IMG/VR virus record: IMGVR_UViG_3300033273_000833
Coordinates: 1-64,000 of that record
From: a virus
Lineage: Duplodnaviria; Caudoviricetes
Strand: one strand, 5' to 3'
DNA: 64,000 bases
Numbering within the stretch: position 1 is the first letter of the stretch; each line of letters starts with the position of its first letter. Both the position numbers and the translations under genes were made by a program. Below are positions 47,919 to 56,012 of this stretch, one piece after another. The notes under the pieces were generated by a model that was given only the letters and a program-made list of their open reading frames with translations, did no database searches and was not told the DNA's origin.

Positions 47919-47947
47919 TTGACTTTTGTTGACTAATTGCCTATAAT
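47919..47947 (+). promoter_or_regulatory. Sigma70-like promoter, leaderless, heading the recombination/replication operon
   Basis: TTGACT-17-TATAAT; GTG start 47954 is 7 nt downstream. Confidence 0.8.
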
Positions 47948-47953
47948 TATAAG

Positions 47954-48292
47954 GTGATTAAAAATAATAACAAAAAAGACATTCTATCAAATATTGTTGA
48001 TATTCCTAAAACACAAAAAAGAGCTTTTTGGGCGAGAGAATTTAAAATACTTAATGACTTAATGAGCATCTTTCCTAACGAAAAGTTTTGGAATGTAATT
48101 AATTTTAAAGAAAAAAAAGATTCTTTAATATTTTATAAATCAGAGCATGGCTTGAAGATACTTAAAGCTTTGTACAATGAATACAACTATCAACCAAAAA
48201 CAACCCCTAAAATAAAATTAGGGGAAAAATTTGGAGAAGACAAAATTATACCATCTAACAATAAAACAATTAAAAACTTTCTATCATCATGA
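47954..48292 (+). CDS. Hypothetical protein (112 aa)
   Basis: Follows a promoter and overlaps the recA-like start (ATGA). Confidence 0.65.
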   Translation: MIKNNNKKDILSNIVDIPKTQKRAFWAREFKILNDLMSIFPNEKFWNVINFKEKKDSLIFYKSEHGLKILKALYNEYNYQPKTTPKIKLGEKFGEDKIIPSNNKTIKNFLSS

Positions 48293-49395
48293 CAGACACA
48301 CAATCAAATACATTTTTAAAATCTTTTTTAAAAAACAATAAAGAATACCATTATAACTTCGAAGAAGAGATAGACTATAAGGTTTCGAGCGGCAGTCTTA
48401 GAATGGATTTCGAGCTTGGAGGAGGATTCGGTCCAGGTCTACATAGATTTGTTGGCATGAATGAAGGAGGAAAAACATCAGAATCTTTAGAAGTTATGAA
48501 AAACTTTTTAAATACGCAGGAAAAAAGTAAAGGTTTTTTTATCAAAGCTGAAGGTCGGTTAAGTCCCGAAATGAGATTAAGGTCAGGAATAAACTTTGTA
48601 TTCTCTGAAGATGATTGGGTAGAAGGAACATGTTTTGTTTTTGAAAGCAATGTTTACGAAACAGTACTAGAAGTTATGAAAATGCTAATACTTAATAACG
48701 ATGATGGAAACAAATACTGTTTCGTATTAGATTCTTTAGACGGTCTGATAACTAAAGATGACTTAAATAAATCTTTTGAAGACGCGCATAAAGTTGCTGG
48801 AGGAGCCTTATTGGGAGCGAAGTTCATGCAAAGAATGAGTATATCTTTAGCTAAAAGGGGACATATGGCAATATTTATATCTCAAGTAAGAGCTGATATT
48901 AAACTCGATCCATACTCAAAAGCCCCCGTAAGACAAACAAGCGCTACTGGAGGCAATGCCTTATTGCATTTTGCAAATTTTATATTAGAGTTTCAGCCTA
49001 GATTTAAAAAAGATATTATCCTAGAAGACTCAGCCAAACCAGTCTGTCCAGATAAAAACCCAATGCTTGGACACCTAGTCAGTATAACGGTCAAAAAGTC
49101 TCCTAATGAAAAAACCAATTATACATTAAATTATCCAATTAAATATGGTAGACAAGGGGGTAACTCAGTATGGGTGGAAAGAGAAATTATAGACATGTTA
49201 TATTTATGGGGATATATAAATAAAAAAGGAGCATGGATTAGCGTCGAAGAAGAATTTATTAATATATTAAAAGATAATAAATTTGATTTTCCTGAAAAAA
49301 TACAGGGTGATTCAAAATTAAATAACCATCTTGAAGAAAACCCTGATATGGTTAAATTTTTAATAAAGCATTTTAAAGAAATTATATCTAAGTGA
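48289..49395 (+). CDS. recA: RecA/UvsX-like recombinase
   Basis: Walker A GMNEGGKT, FIKAEG, VLDSL (Walker B), IFISQVR, TGGNALLHFA. Confidence 0.85.
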   Translation: MTDTQSNTFLKSFLKNNKEYHYNFEEEIDYKVSSGSLRMDFELGGGFGPGLHRFVGMNEGGKTSESLEVMKNFLNTQEKSKGFFIKAEGRLSPEMRLRSGINFVFSEDDWVEGTCFVFESNVYETVLEVMKMLILNNDDGNKYCFVLDSLDGLITKDDLNKSFEDAHKVAGGALLGAKFMQRMSISLAKRGHMAIFISQVRADIKLDPYSKAPVRQTSATGGNALLHFANFILEFQPRFKKDIILEDSAKPVCPDKNPMLGHLVSITVKKSPNEKTNYTLNYPIKYGRQGGNSVWVEREIIDMLYLWGYINKKGAWISVEEEFINILKDNKFDFPEKIQGDSKLNNHLEENPDMVKFLIKHFKEIISK

Positions 49396-49799
49396 AATTT
49401 AAAACCACCTCAGGAGTAATAAAAAGAGCCAAAACTCCTAAAAAGTATTTCATTGATTGGGAGGGAGAAAGCAAAAGCAAATTTCAAAAAAATGTTAAAA
49501 AATTTTTATTTGACTTCTGGAGGTATGATGTTGTGCTAGAAGAGTTTCCTATTCCTGGAAGCAGATTATCTATAGATTTTTTTAACGTAAACAAAAAAAT
49601 AGCTGTTGAAGTTCAAGGCGATCAGCACATAAAATATGTACCCTACTTTCATCAAACAAAAGGTAATTATCTACATCAATTAAGAAAAGACAAGGATAAA
49701 GAAAATTTTTGCAATATAAATGATATTATTTTGGTCGAAATTTTCACTGATGACGTTATATCTATAGATTTATTTAAAAAGTATAATATAGATTTATAG
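49392..49799 (+). CDS. DUF559/Vsr-like PD-(D/E)xK endonuclease
   Basis: EFPIPGSRLSIDFF...IAVEVQGDQH...KDKDKENFC pattern. Confidence 0.75.
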   Translation: MKFKTTSGVIKRAKTPKKYFIDWEGESKSKFQKNVKKFLFDFWRYDVVLEEFPIPGSRLSIDFFNVNKKIAVEVQGDQHIKYVPYFHQTKGNYLHQLRKDKDKENFCNINDIILVEIFTDDVISIDLFKKYNIDL

Positions 49800-49804
49800 T
49801 GTAA
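49799..49804 (+). promoter_or_regulatory. GTGTAA motif
   Basis: 9 nt upstream of ATG 49813. Confidence 0.55.
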
Positions 49805-49812
49805 TGGTTTTT

Positions 49813-50070
49813 ATGAGAGATTTTGATCCAGACAACCTTGGGCAATTTGAAATGCCCGACGAAATATTTGAAAAAATATATGAACTATCAGGAGGTACAG
49901 AAGAATCCTCCAAAGGATTTTTATTGGCCTATGTAAATAGTGTTGGCGAGCCTATTATTCACTCTAAAGCACCTAATCAAATTGTTCATATGGGGCTAAT
50001 AAAAGCTATAGAGCAATTTTTAATTCAAATGGAATCTCAGGAGGATATACCTCCATCTTCTGAAGATTAG
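49813..50070 (+). CDS. Acidic hypothetical protein (85 aa)
   Basis: Start moved to ATG 49813, 9 nt after GTGTA (ORF track start 49804). Confidence 0.6.
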   Translation: MRDFDPDNLGQFEMPDEIFEKIYELSGGTEESSKGFLLAYVNSVGEPIIHSKAPNQIVHMGLIKAIEQFLIQMESQEDIPPSSED

Positions 50071-50072
50071 TG

Positions 50073-50101
50073 TTGACTTTTAAAGTTTTTCTTGGTATCA
50101 T
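50073..50101 (+). promoter_or_regulatory. Sigma70-like promoter (extended -10), leaderless, for dnaB
   Basis: TTGACT-17-TATCAT with upstream TG; ATG 50108 is 7 nt downstream. Confidence 0.8.
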
Positions 50102-50107
50102 TTTAAT

Positions 50108-51622
50108 ATGATATCGTCAAACGAACTCGAACAACATGTTTTGGCTGGACTAATTAGGTATCCAGATATATTCCATGATATAGAATATTTTATTGATGAA
50201 AAAGATTTTTACGATGAAGACTCTATAGTTCATAAAACTATATTTAAAATCATCAAGCAATTAGCAAATGCATCAGAACCTATAGATCCAGTCATTATAG
50301 CAGAAAGAATTAATTCAATCGGAATTAGTTTTGAAGATAATATAAATGTTTCTGACTATGTTCAAGCTCTCTCAATGAGAAGAGTTGCCAAGAACCAAGT
50401 AATTTCTTCTTGTAAGGAGCTCAAAAAATTAACAGTCAAAAGAGAAATATGCAACTCTGCCAAAGAAGTTATATCGGCAGTTAAGCGAATGCCAGCAGAA
50501 TCGTCTTACTCTGAAATTGTGGGAGAAGCAGATTCGGTTTTTAATAAAACTATTAATGTTTTTGACTCAGGGCAAGATGCCCCGATTAATATATATGAGA
50601 ACATGGAGTCTATGGTAGAAGAGTTGGGCAATAACCCAGTCACCGACTTTGGGCTTAAAGGGCCTCATAAAAAACTACATGATTTATACGGCTCGCTTTT
50701 GCGCCCAGGAAACATTACAGTTATTACCGCAAGGTCTGGAGTAGGTAAGACTCAATTTTGCATGGATTTTTGCACCAAGGTTTCAGCGGAACATAATATA
50801 CCTATTCTTCATTTTGATAACGGAGAAATGAGCTTTGAAGAACTGACAATGAGGCAGTGTGCGGCTTTAAGCGGGGTCCCCTTGCATCTATGTGAGACAG
50901 GGAAATGGAGGACTGCTGGTGAAGAAGTCTGCAATAAGATTAGGTCAGTATTTCCAAAAGTTAAAGGCTTGCAGTTCTATTACCAAAACGTAGGAGGTCT
51001 TTCTGTCAATGAAATGATTAGCTTAGTCAAAAGATTTTACTATGGTAAAATCGGAAGGGGCAACCCTTTGATATTGAGCTTCGACTACATCAAAACTTCT
51101 TATTCCGAAAATAGTTCTAACATGAAAGAGTGGGAGCAAATAGGCAAAATGGTTAACGACTTCAAGAAGTGCATACAAAGAGATATTGTAGTTGACGGTA
51201 AACCAGTGATACCAATGATTACTAGTGTTCAAACAAACAGAATGGGAATCAGTCAAAACAGAAACTCTGATTCCGTCGTGGAAGATGAAAGCGTAGTATC
51301 TCTCTCTGATAGGATAACGCAGTTTTGCTCGCACATGTTTTTCTTAAGGCCGAAAACAACCGACGAAATAGAGTCTGACATGGGTTTCGGTACTCATAAA
51401 TTAATTAATCTAAAATCTAGACACCTAGGCGATGATGTTTTTGGGGCGTTAGAACCCGTAAAGATGCCTGACGGAAGATTAAAAAAGAACTATATTAATT
51501 TGAATTTTGATAATTTTGGAATAACCGAAGTAGGAGATCTTAGAGATTTAGTCGAGCACTTAGAAGCTTCAGGAGAACCATTAATGGATGGAGAATCTGA
51601 ACTTCCTGATCTTTTTTCTTAA
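50108..51622 (+). CDS. dnaB: Replicative DnaB-like helicase
   Basis: N-terminal EQHVLAGLI domain; ARSGVGKT; FDYIK; SVQTNR; KSRH. Confidence 0.92.
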   Translation: MISSNELEQHVLAGLIRYPDIFHDIEYFIDEKDFYDEDSIVHKTIFKIIKQLANASEPIDPVIIAERINSIGISFEDNINVSDYVQALSMRRVAKNQVISSCKELKKLTVKREICNSAKEVISAVKRMPAESSYSEIVGEADSVFNKTINVFDSGQDAPINIYENMESMVEELGNNPVTDFGLKGPHKKLHDLYGSLLRPGNITVITARSGVGKTQFCMDFCTKVSAEHNIPILHFDNGEMSFEELTMRQCAALSGVPLHLCETGKWRTAGEEVCNKIRSVFPKVKGLQFYYQNVGGLSVNEMISLVKRFYYGKIGRGNPLILSFDYIKTSYSENSSNMKEWEQIGKMVNDFKKCIQRDIVVDGKPVIPMITSVQTNRMGISQNRNSDSVVEDESVVSLSDRITQFCSHMFFLRPKTTDEIESDMGFGTHKLINLKSRHLGDDVFGALEPVKMPDGRLKKNYINLNFDNFGITEVGDLRDLVEHLEASGEPLMDGESELPDLFS

Positions 51623-51625
51623 TCA

Positions 51626-52678
51626 ATGAGCCCTGAAACAATCAAATCTGTATTAAATGAGTTGGGGTATAATTTAGTAGACAGAGGGTCTTACTGGCAA
51701 ACAAACGCTCTTTTTAGGAACGGAGACAACTCTACAGCAATACAGATATATAAAAATTCTGGAGTATGGAAGGACTATGTGTCAGGAACTTCATTCATGC
51801 CCTTTAAGAGTTTAATTCAAGCTACTCTTAAAACTAATGATAAACAAATTATAAATAAATATTTAAAGAATGTTGACACTCTTGACTTAGATAGCGTCGA
51901 ACGTCAATATAAGCCTACTCAAAAAATTATGTCAGAAGAAATATACCCTAAATCAGATATAGATAAATTTTTACCTCATTATAAATTTTATGAAAATAAA
52001 GGTATATCTAAATCTATTTTACAAAAATTAAAGTCAGGATTCTGCACAGAAGGTAAGATGCATAATCGATTTGTATTCCCTGTTTTTAATGAAAGCGGAA
52101 TGATTCATGGATTAGCTGGTAGAGATATGCTTAAAGATGCTGCGAATAGACCCAAATGGAAACACATGGGTCAGAAAAACAACTGGATATACCCCTTATA
52201 CGACGAAGACTCTTTAGCCAGAGAACACATAAACAACAAAGAGGAAGTCATTTTAGTTGAAAGTATAGGAGATTTATTATCTTTACACGAGTCAGGTATT
52301 TACAATTGTCTTGTAACTTTCGGGCTCTCTGTTTCGCCTAAAATGATATGCGCTTTAGTTTCTTTGGCTCCTAAAAAAATAATATTATCTTTCAATAATG
52401 ACTCAGACAAAGAAGAGAACAGGGGTGCAGATGCCTGTGTTAAAAACTATTTAAAACTATTAGATTACTTTGATCAAAATTCATTATATATATGCTTGCC
52501 TACAAAAAATGATTTTGGAGATATGAATATAGATGAAGTATCACAGTGGCAAATTAAATTATCCAATATAGACCAACCAAAACAACAAGAATATATTTTA
52601 AAAAGATCAAGCGAATTAAGATCTAATAAAAAATTAGCTGAAAGCTTATACAAAAAAACGAAAAAAATAAAATTATGA
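51626..52678 (+). CDS. dnaG: DnaG-type primase (TOPRIM) with Cys-less N-terminal domain
   Basis: NRFVFPVFN..G.IHGLAGR, RPKW, VILVESIGDLLSL, ILSFNNDSD. Confidence 0.85.
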   Translation: MSPETIKSVLNELGYNLVDRGSYWQTNALFRNGDNSTAIQIYKNSGVWKDYVSGTSFMPFKSLIQATLKTNDKQIINKYLKNVDTLDLDSVERQYKPTQKIMSEEIYPKSDIDKFLPHYKFYENKGISKSILQKLKSGFCTEGKMHNRFVFPVFNESGMIHGLAGRDMLKDAANRPKWKHMGQKNNWIYPLYDEDSLAREHINNKEEVILVESIGDLLSLHESGIYNCLVTFGLSVSPKMICALVSLAPKKIILSFNNDSDKEENRGADACVKNYLKLLDYFDQNSLYICLPTKNDFGDMNIDEVSQWQIKLSNIDQPKQQEYILKRSSELRSNKKLAESLYKKTKKIKL

Positions 52679-53709
52679 AACGTGATGTTAGATTATCTGC
52701 TAGTAGAATTAGTACATTAAAAAAATGCAGTTGGACATATTGGGTAAAGTACGTACTCAAGCTTCCTGACACAACCAATGCTGGAGCAAGTAGAGGTTGG
52801 ATCTGTCACTTGATCTTTGAAATTCTTGGTGAGCCGCGACACAAGAAAGTTTATGATCGGCTTTTAGTGGCAAAAGATATTTTTGAAGTTGAGTCAATCA
52901 AGAGGCTCGTAATGCATCATGCTCGTAAAATGAATGTTGATGACGCAGAAAATCTTCAGCTCATTAGCGATATGACAATGGCTGGCTTGAACTTTGATTT
53001 CTTTGGAGACACATTCGCAAAACCTGATTTAGCTATTTCTGAAAAAGAATTCTTGCTTGATGTAGATGAAGATGGTAAAAGATATAAAGTTTTAGGTTTT
53101 ATTGATAAATTATTTCTTTATAAATCTGCCAGTAAAGCTTTAATCAGAGATTTTAAAAGCAGTAAGAGCGTATTTAAAGGCAAAGACCTTGAAGATAACC
53201 TACAAGACTTAATCTACTGCTTGGCAGTAAAAAGAATGTTTCCTGAATACAAAAACAGAGTAATGGAGTTTTTGTTTCTGAAGTTTAATCTAGAGTCAAA
53301 GGGTAAAGTAATGATGCCTACAATTCCTGATGACGAGTTAGATGGGTTTGAATACGAACTCACACAAATCCAAGACTACTTGGAGAACTTTTCAGAGAAA
53401 GATGCTATGTCTAATTTTGCAGCCGACCAAGGATTCCCTAAAGATGGAAGCTTCGGAGGTTTATTAGCTTGCGGTAAAGATGGCTTTAAAATGAGTCGGG
53501 GCTCCCCAGTTTTAGACGAGAACGGAGAGCCAATAAAAGCGTTTATATGTCCCTTCAGAAAAGGTTTTAATTATTATGTATTAATTAATTCGGAAAACAA
53601 AATAATCAAAAGCTCATTTGAAAATGAAAAAGAAAAGCTTGTCGCAAAAGAAGGCGAGACTATTGAATTAAGAGAGTACAAAGGATGCCCTAAATGGATT
53701 AACTCATAG
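52675..53709 (+). CDS. PD-(D/E)xK exonuclease, RecB/AddB/Cas4-like
   Basis: LSASRI...C, GFIDKL, IRDFKSSK, QDLIY motifs; Cys at 18, 266, 292 and 338. Confidence 0.85.
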   Translation: MKRDVRLSASRISTLKKCSWTYWVKYVLKLPDTTNAGASRGWICHLIFEILGEPRHKKVYDRLLVAKDIFEVESIKRLVMHHARKMNVDDAENLQLISDMTMAGLNFDFFGDTFAKPDLAISEKEFLLDVDEDGKRYKVLGFIDKLFLYKSASKALIRDFKSSKSVFKGKDLEDNLQDLIYCLAVKRMFPEYKNRVMEFLFLKFNLESKGKVMMPTIPDDELDGFEYELTQIQDYLENFSEKDAMSNFAADQGFPKDGSFGGLLACGKDGFKMSRGSPVLDENGEPIKAFICPFRKGFNYYVLINSENKIIKSSFENEKEKLVAKEGETIELREYKGCPKWINS

Positions 53710-54588
53710 GCGATTATAACCCCAAGAAGAACGCAAAAACGCGTTCCAGTCTTTATAAGTATGACCAGCATCTAAAGAGCTCTCTTGCCCCCATTTATGA
53801 GCTAAATACCCTTCTATTTTTTCAACCATAGTATCATCAGTATACACAACACATTCAGCAATAAAACCTTCTAGGGAGAATTGACCATTTTCATTAACAC
53901 CCAGTCTAAAGCGATTAAAGGTATTATCGCCAGTATCTCCAGAAACTTTTTGAGTTCCATTTACTCTAATAAAAGAAGTAGCCGATGAATCCAATTTAAT
54001 TGTAATTAATGAGTTTGAGCCCACCATGACTGGACTTAAGCCGCTGGCAGTAATTACTTTAGCGCCACCAGCGTCTCCACCATAAACCTGCAAAGTCGCG
54101 CCACCACTTGCAGATCTAGCCATCATTCTATTTCCCCCAGACGTAGTATTTGTTAAAGCAAATAAAAAATGCTGAGGATTTGTAGGTCCTGTATCAACAC
54201 GAAAAATTAAACTCACTAAAAAATCTTGATTAGCCCTACTAAAAGAAAAAGATTCGTTCGACAAACCGCTAGTAGTACCCGCATATTCCATAACATTTAA
54301 ATTATTTAAAGTTCTCGTATTTGTTGTAGGTGCAGTATTGGCATTAGTTAAACTTGGTACTGTTAAATTAACCCCGTTACCGCTTTTGTCATTCCATTGA
54401 CTTACAGCATTTGATGTATGCTGAATTGTTGAAGTATCACTGGCATCCCACCAAGCGACTGTCGAAATTTCGCTAGGAGACCAAGGAATAATAATTTGCC
54501 TATTTAATGCATCAAGAATTTCATTCACTTTATTTCTTGTTTCATTAAGATCTACTTGAGTTTGATCAGAGTTTAATTTATCTACCAT
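53704..54588 (-). CDS. LamG-like (concanavalin-fold) virion accessory protein
   Basis: WSPSEISTVAWWDASDTSTI...VSQWNDKSGNG and LEGFIAECVVY...KIEGYLAHKWG; start moved to MVDKL (54588), 12 nt after GTGTA. Confidence 0.7.
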   Translation of the reverse strand: MVDKLNSDQTQVDLNETRNKVNEILDALNRQIIIPWSPSEISTVAWWDASDTSTIQHTSNAVSQWNDKSGNGVNLTVPSLTNANTAPTTNTRTLNNLNVMEYAGTTSGLSNESFSFSRANQDFLVSLIFRVDTGPTNPQHFLFALTNTTSGGNRMMARSASGGATLQVYGGDAGGAKVITASGLSPVMVGSNSLITIKLDSSATSFIRVNGTQKVSGDTGDNTFNRFRLGVNENGQFSLEGFIAECVVYTDDTMVEKIEGYLAHKWGQESSLDAGHTYKDWNAFLRSSWGYNRL

Positions 54589-54599
54589 TTCAATATTTA

Positions 54600-54605
54600 T
54601 TACAC
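54600..54605 (-). promoter_or_regulatory. GTGTAA motif
   Basis: 12 nt upstream of ATG 54588. Confidence 0.6.
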
Positions 54606-54614
54606 TATTTCGTC

Positions 54615-54643
54615 TTGACATTTTGATTTCAACATGCTATCAT
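54615..54643 (+). promoter_or_regulatory. Sigma70-like promoter (extended -10) for the polymerase operon
   Basis: TTGACA-17-TATCAT with upstream TG; ATG at 54653. Confidence 0.8.
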
Positions 54644-54652
54644 TATACTTAT

Positions 54653-55381
54653 ATGATACCTTTATTTAAAAGCCACTATTCTATAGGTAAATCAATACTT
54701 ACTTTAAAGAATCCCGAAAAAGCAGAAGAAGGTGGTCCAGATAGCATTTTCTCAATTGCTCAAGAACATGAATTAAAACAAGTTTGTTTAGTGGAAGACT
54801 CTCTGGTTGGCTTTTTAGAAGCTAAAAAAACCTGTGAAGAAGTAGGTATAAATTTATATTTTGGACTTCGCATTGAAATAGAGAATGGAAGTTTGTATAA
54901 AGTTATCATTTTTGCAAAGAATAGCGAAGGCGTTAAAGACTTAAACAGTATATACAGTAACAAGTTTTGCTCTGAAGATAAATTTTCCATAGACTCACTA
55001 AAGTTGTTATGGACAGATAATCTTTTACTCGTTATCCCCTTTTACGACTCTTTCATTTTCAACAATACATTATCATTTACTGGATGTATGCCCGACTTTA
55101 ACTTCACGAATCCTTCTTTTTTTATAGAAAATAATGGTTTACCGTTTGATCACATTGTTCGCAAAAAAGTTACAGATTACTGCGAATCAAACAGCTACGA
55201 AACCCTAGAAGCCAAAAGTATCTATTATAAAAATAAATCCGATTTTGATGCATGGCTTACTTACAAAATCGCGACTAATAGGAGATTTGGAAAAAACCAA
55301 TCTTTATATTGCCCAAATTTTGATCACCTAGGAAGTGATGAATTTTGCTTTGAATCCTACCTTAATAAAAATGGCAGATAA
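54653..55381 (+). CDS. Stand-alone PHP domain of DNA polymerase III alpha
   Basis: PLFKSHYSIGKSIL, EDSLVGF, FGLRIEI, IFAKNSEGVKDL; several metal-ligand His appear lost. Start moved to MIPLF. Confidence 0.8.
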   Translation: MIPLFKSHYSIGKSILTLKNPEKAEEGGPDSIFSIAQEHELKQVCLVEDSLVGFLEAKKTCEEVGINLYFGLRIEIENGSLYKVIIFAKNSEGVKDLNSIYSNKFCSEDKFSIDSLKLLWTDNLLLVIPFYDSFIFNNTLSFTGCMPDFNFTNPSFFIENNGLPFDHIVRKKVTDYCESNSYETLEAKSIYYKNKSDFDAWLTYKIATNRRFGKNQSLYCPNFDHLGSDEFCFESYLNKNGR

Positions 55382-56012
55382 ATTACTTAGATTTAATAAA
55401 AAACAGAAATATATATATTTTGATTTTGAAACTTGTGGCCTTAATTTAGCCTCAAAAGAAAACAAACCTTGGCAGCTTGCGTTTATAGTATCCGATGGAA
55501 CTAAGATCGTTTCAGAAAAAGATTATTTAATCAAGTGGGACACTCTTGATATTTCTGATGGAGCTGCAAAAACAACAGGATTCTCTAGAGCGAAATATAA
55601 CAAGCTTTCTGTTGATCCAACAATGGTTCTCGATGAATTTGAGAAATACATTTATGACGATCAATATTTAATTATAGGACACAATATACTTGGTTTTGAT
55701 GTTTATATACATAATATATTTAGAAAGCTACTAGGCAGAGATACAGACTACTCTTATATAAACAGATGCATCGACACACTGTCTTTATCTAAAGCTAAAT
55801 TAAAAGAAATTAAATTCGATAAAAATCAAACTTTAATTAATTGGCAATATAGATTAAACTCTTTTAGAGAAAGAGGCATGAAGTGTAGCTTAAAAGTAAT
55901 GTGCAAATTATATGATATACCCTTTGATGAATCAAAATTGCATGATGCATTATATGATATTAGAATTAACAAATTATTATTCGAGAAATTAATATGGCAA
56001 ATAGATATTTAA
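55371..56012 (+). CDS. dnaQ: DEDDh 3'-5' exonuclease (DnaQ/epsilon-like)
   Basis: FDFETCG, GHNILGFD, LHDALYD; likely start MADKLL at 55371. Confidence 0.88.
   Translation: MADKLLRFNKKQKYIYFDFETCGLNLASKENKPWQLAFIVSDGTKIVSEKDYLIKWDTLDISDGAAKTTGFSRAKYNKLSVDPTMVLDEFEKYIYDDQYLIIGHNILGFDVYIHNIFRKLLGRDTDYSYINRCIDTLSLSKAKLKEIKFDKNQTLINWQYRLNSFRERGMKCSLKVMCKLYDIPFDESKLHDALYDIRINKLLFEKLIWQIDI

Noticed and set aside
49392-49799. Mobile homing endonuclease
   Set aside because: A short DUF559/Vsr-like protein translationally coupled within the recombination operon; more likely a resident nuclease. Not excluded without comparative data.
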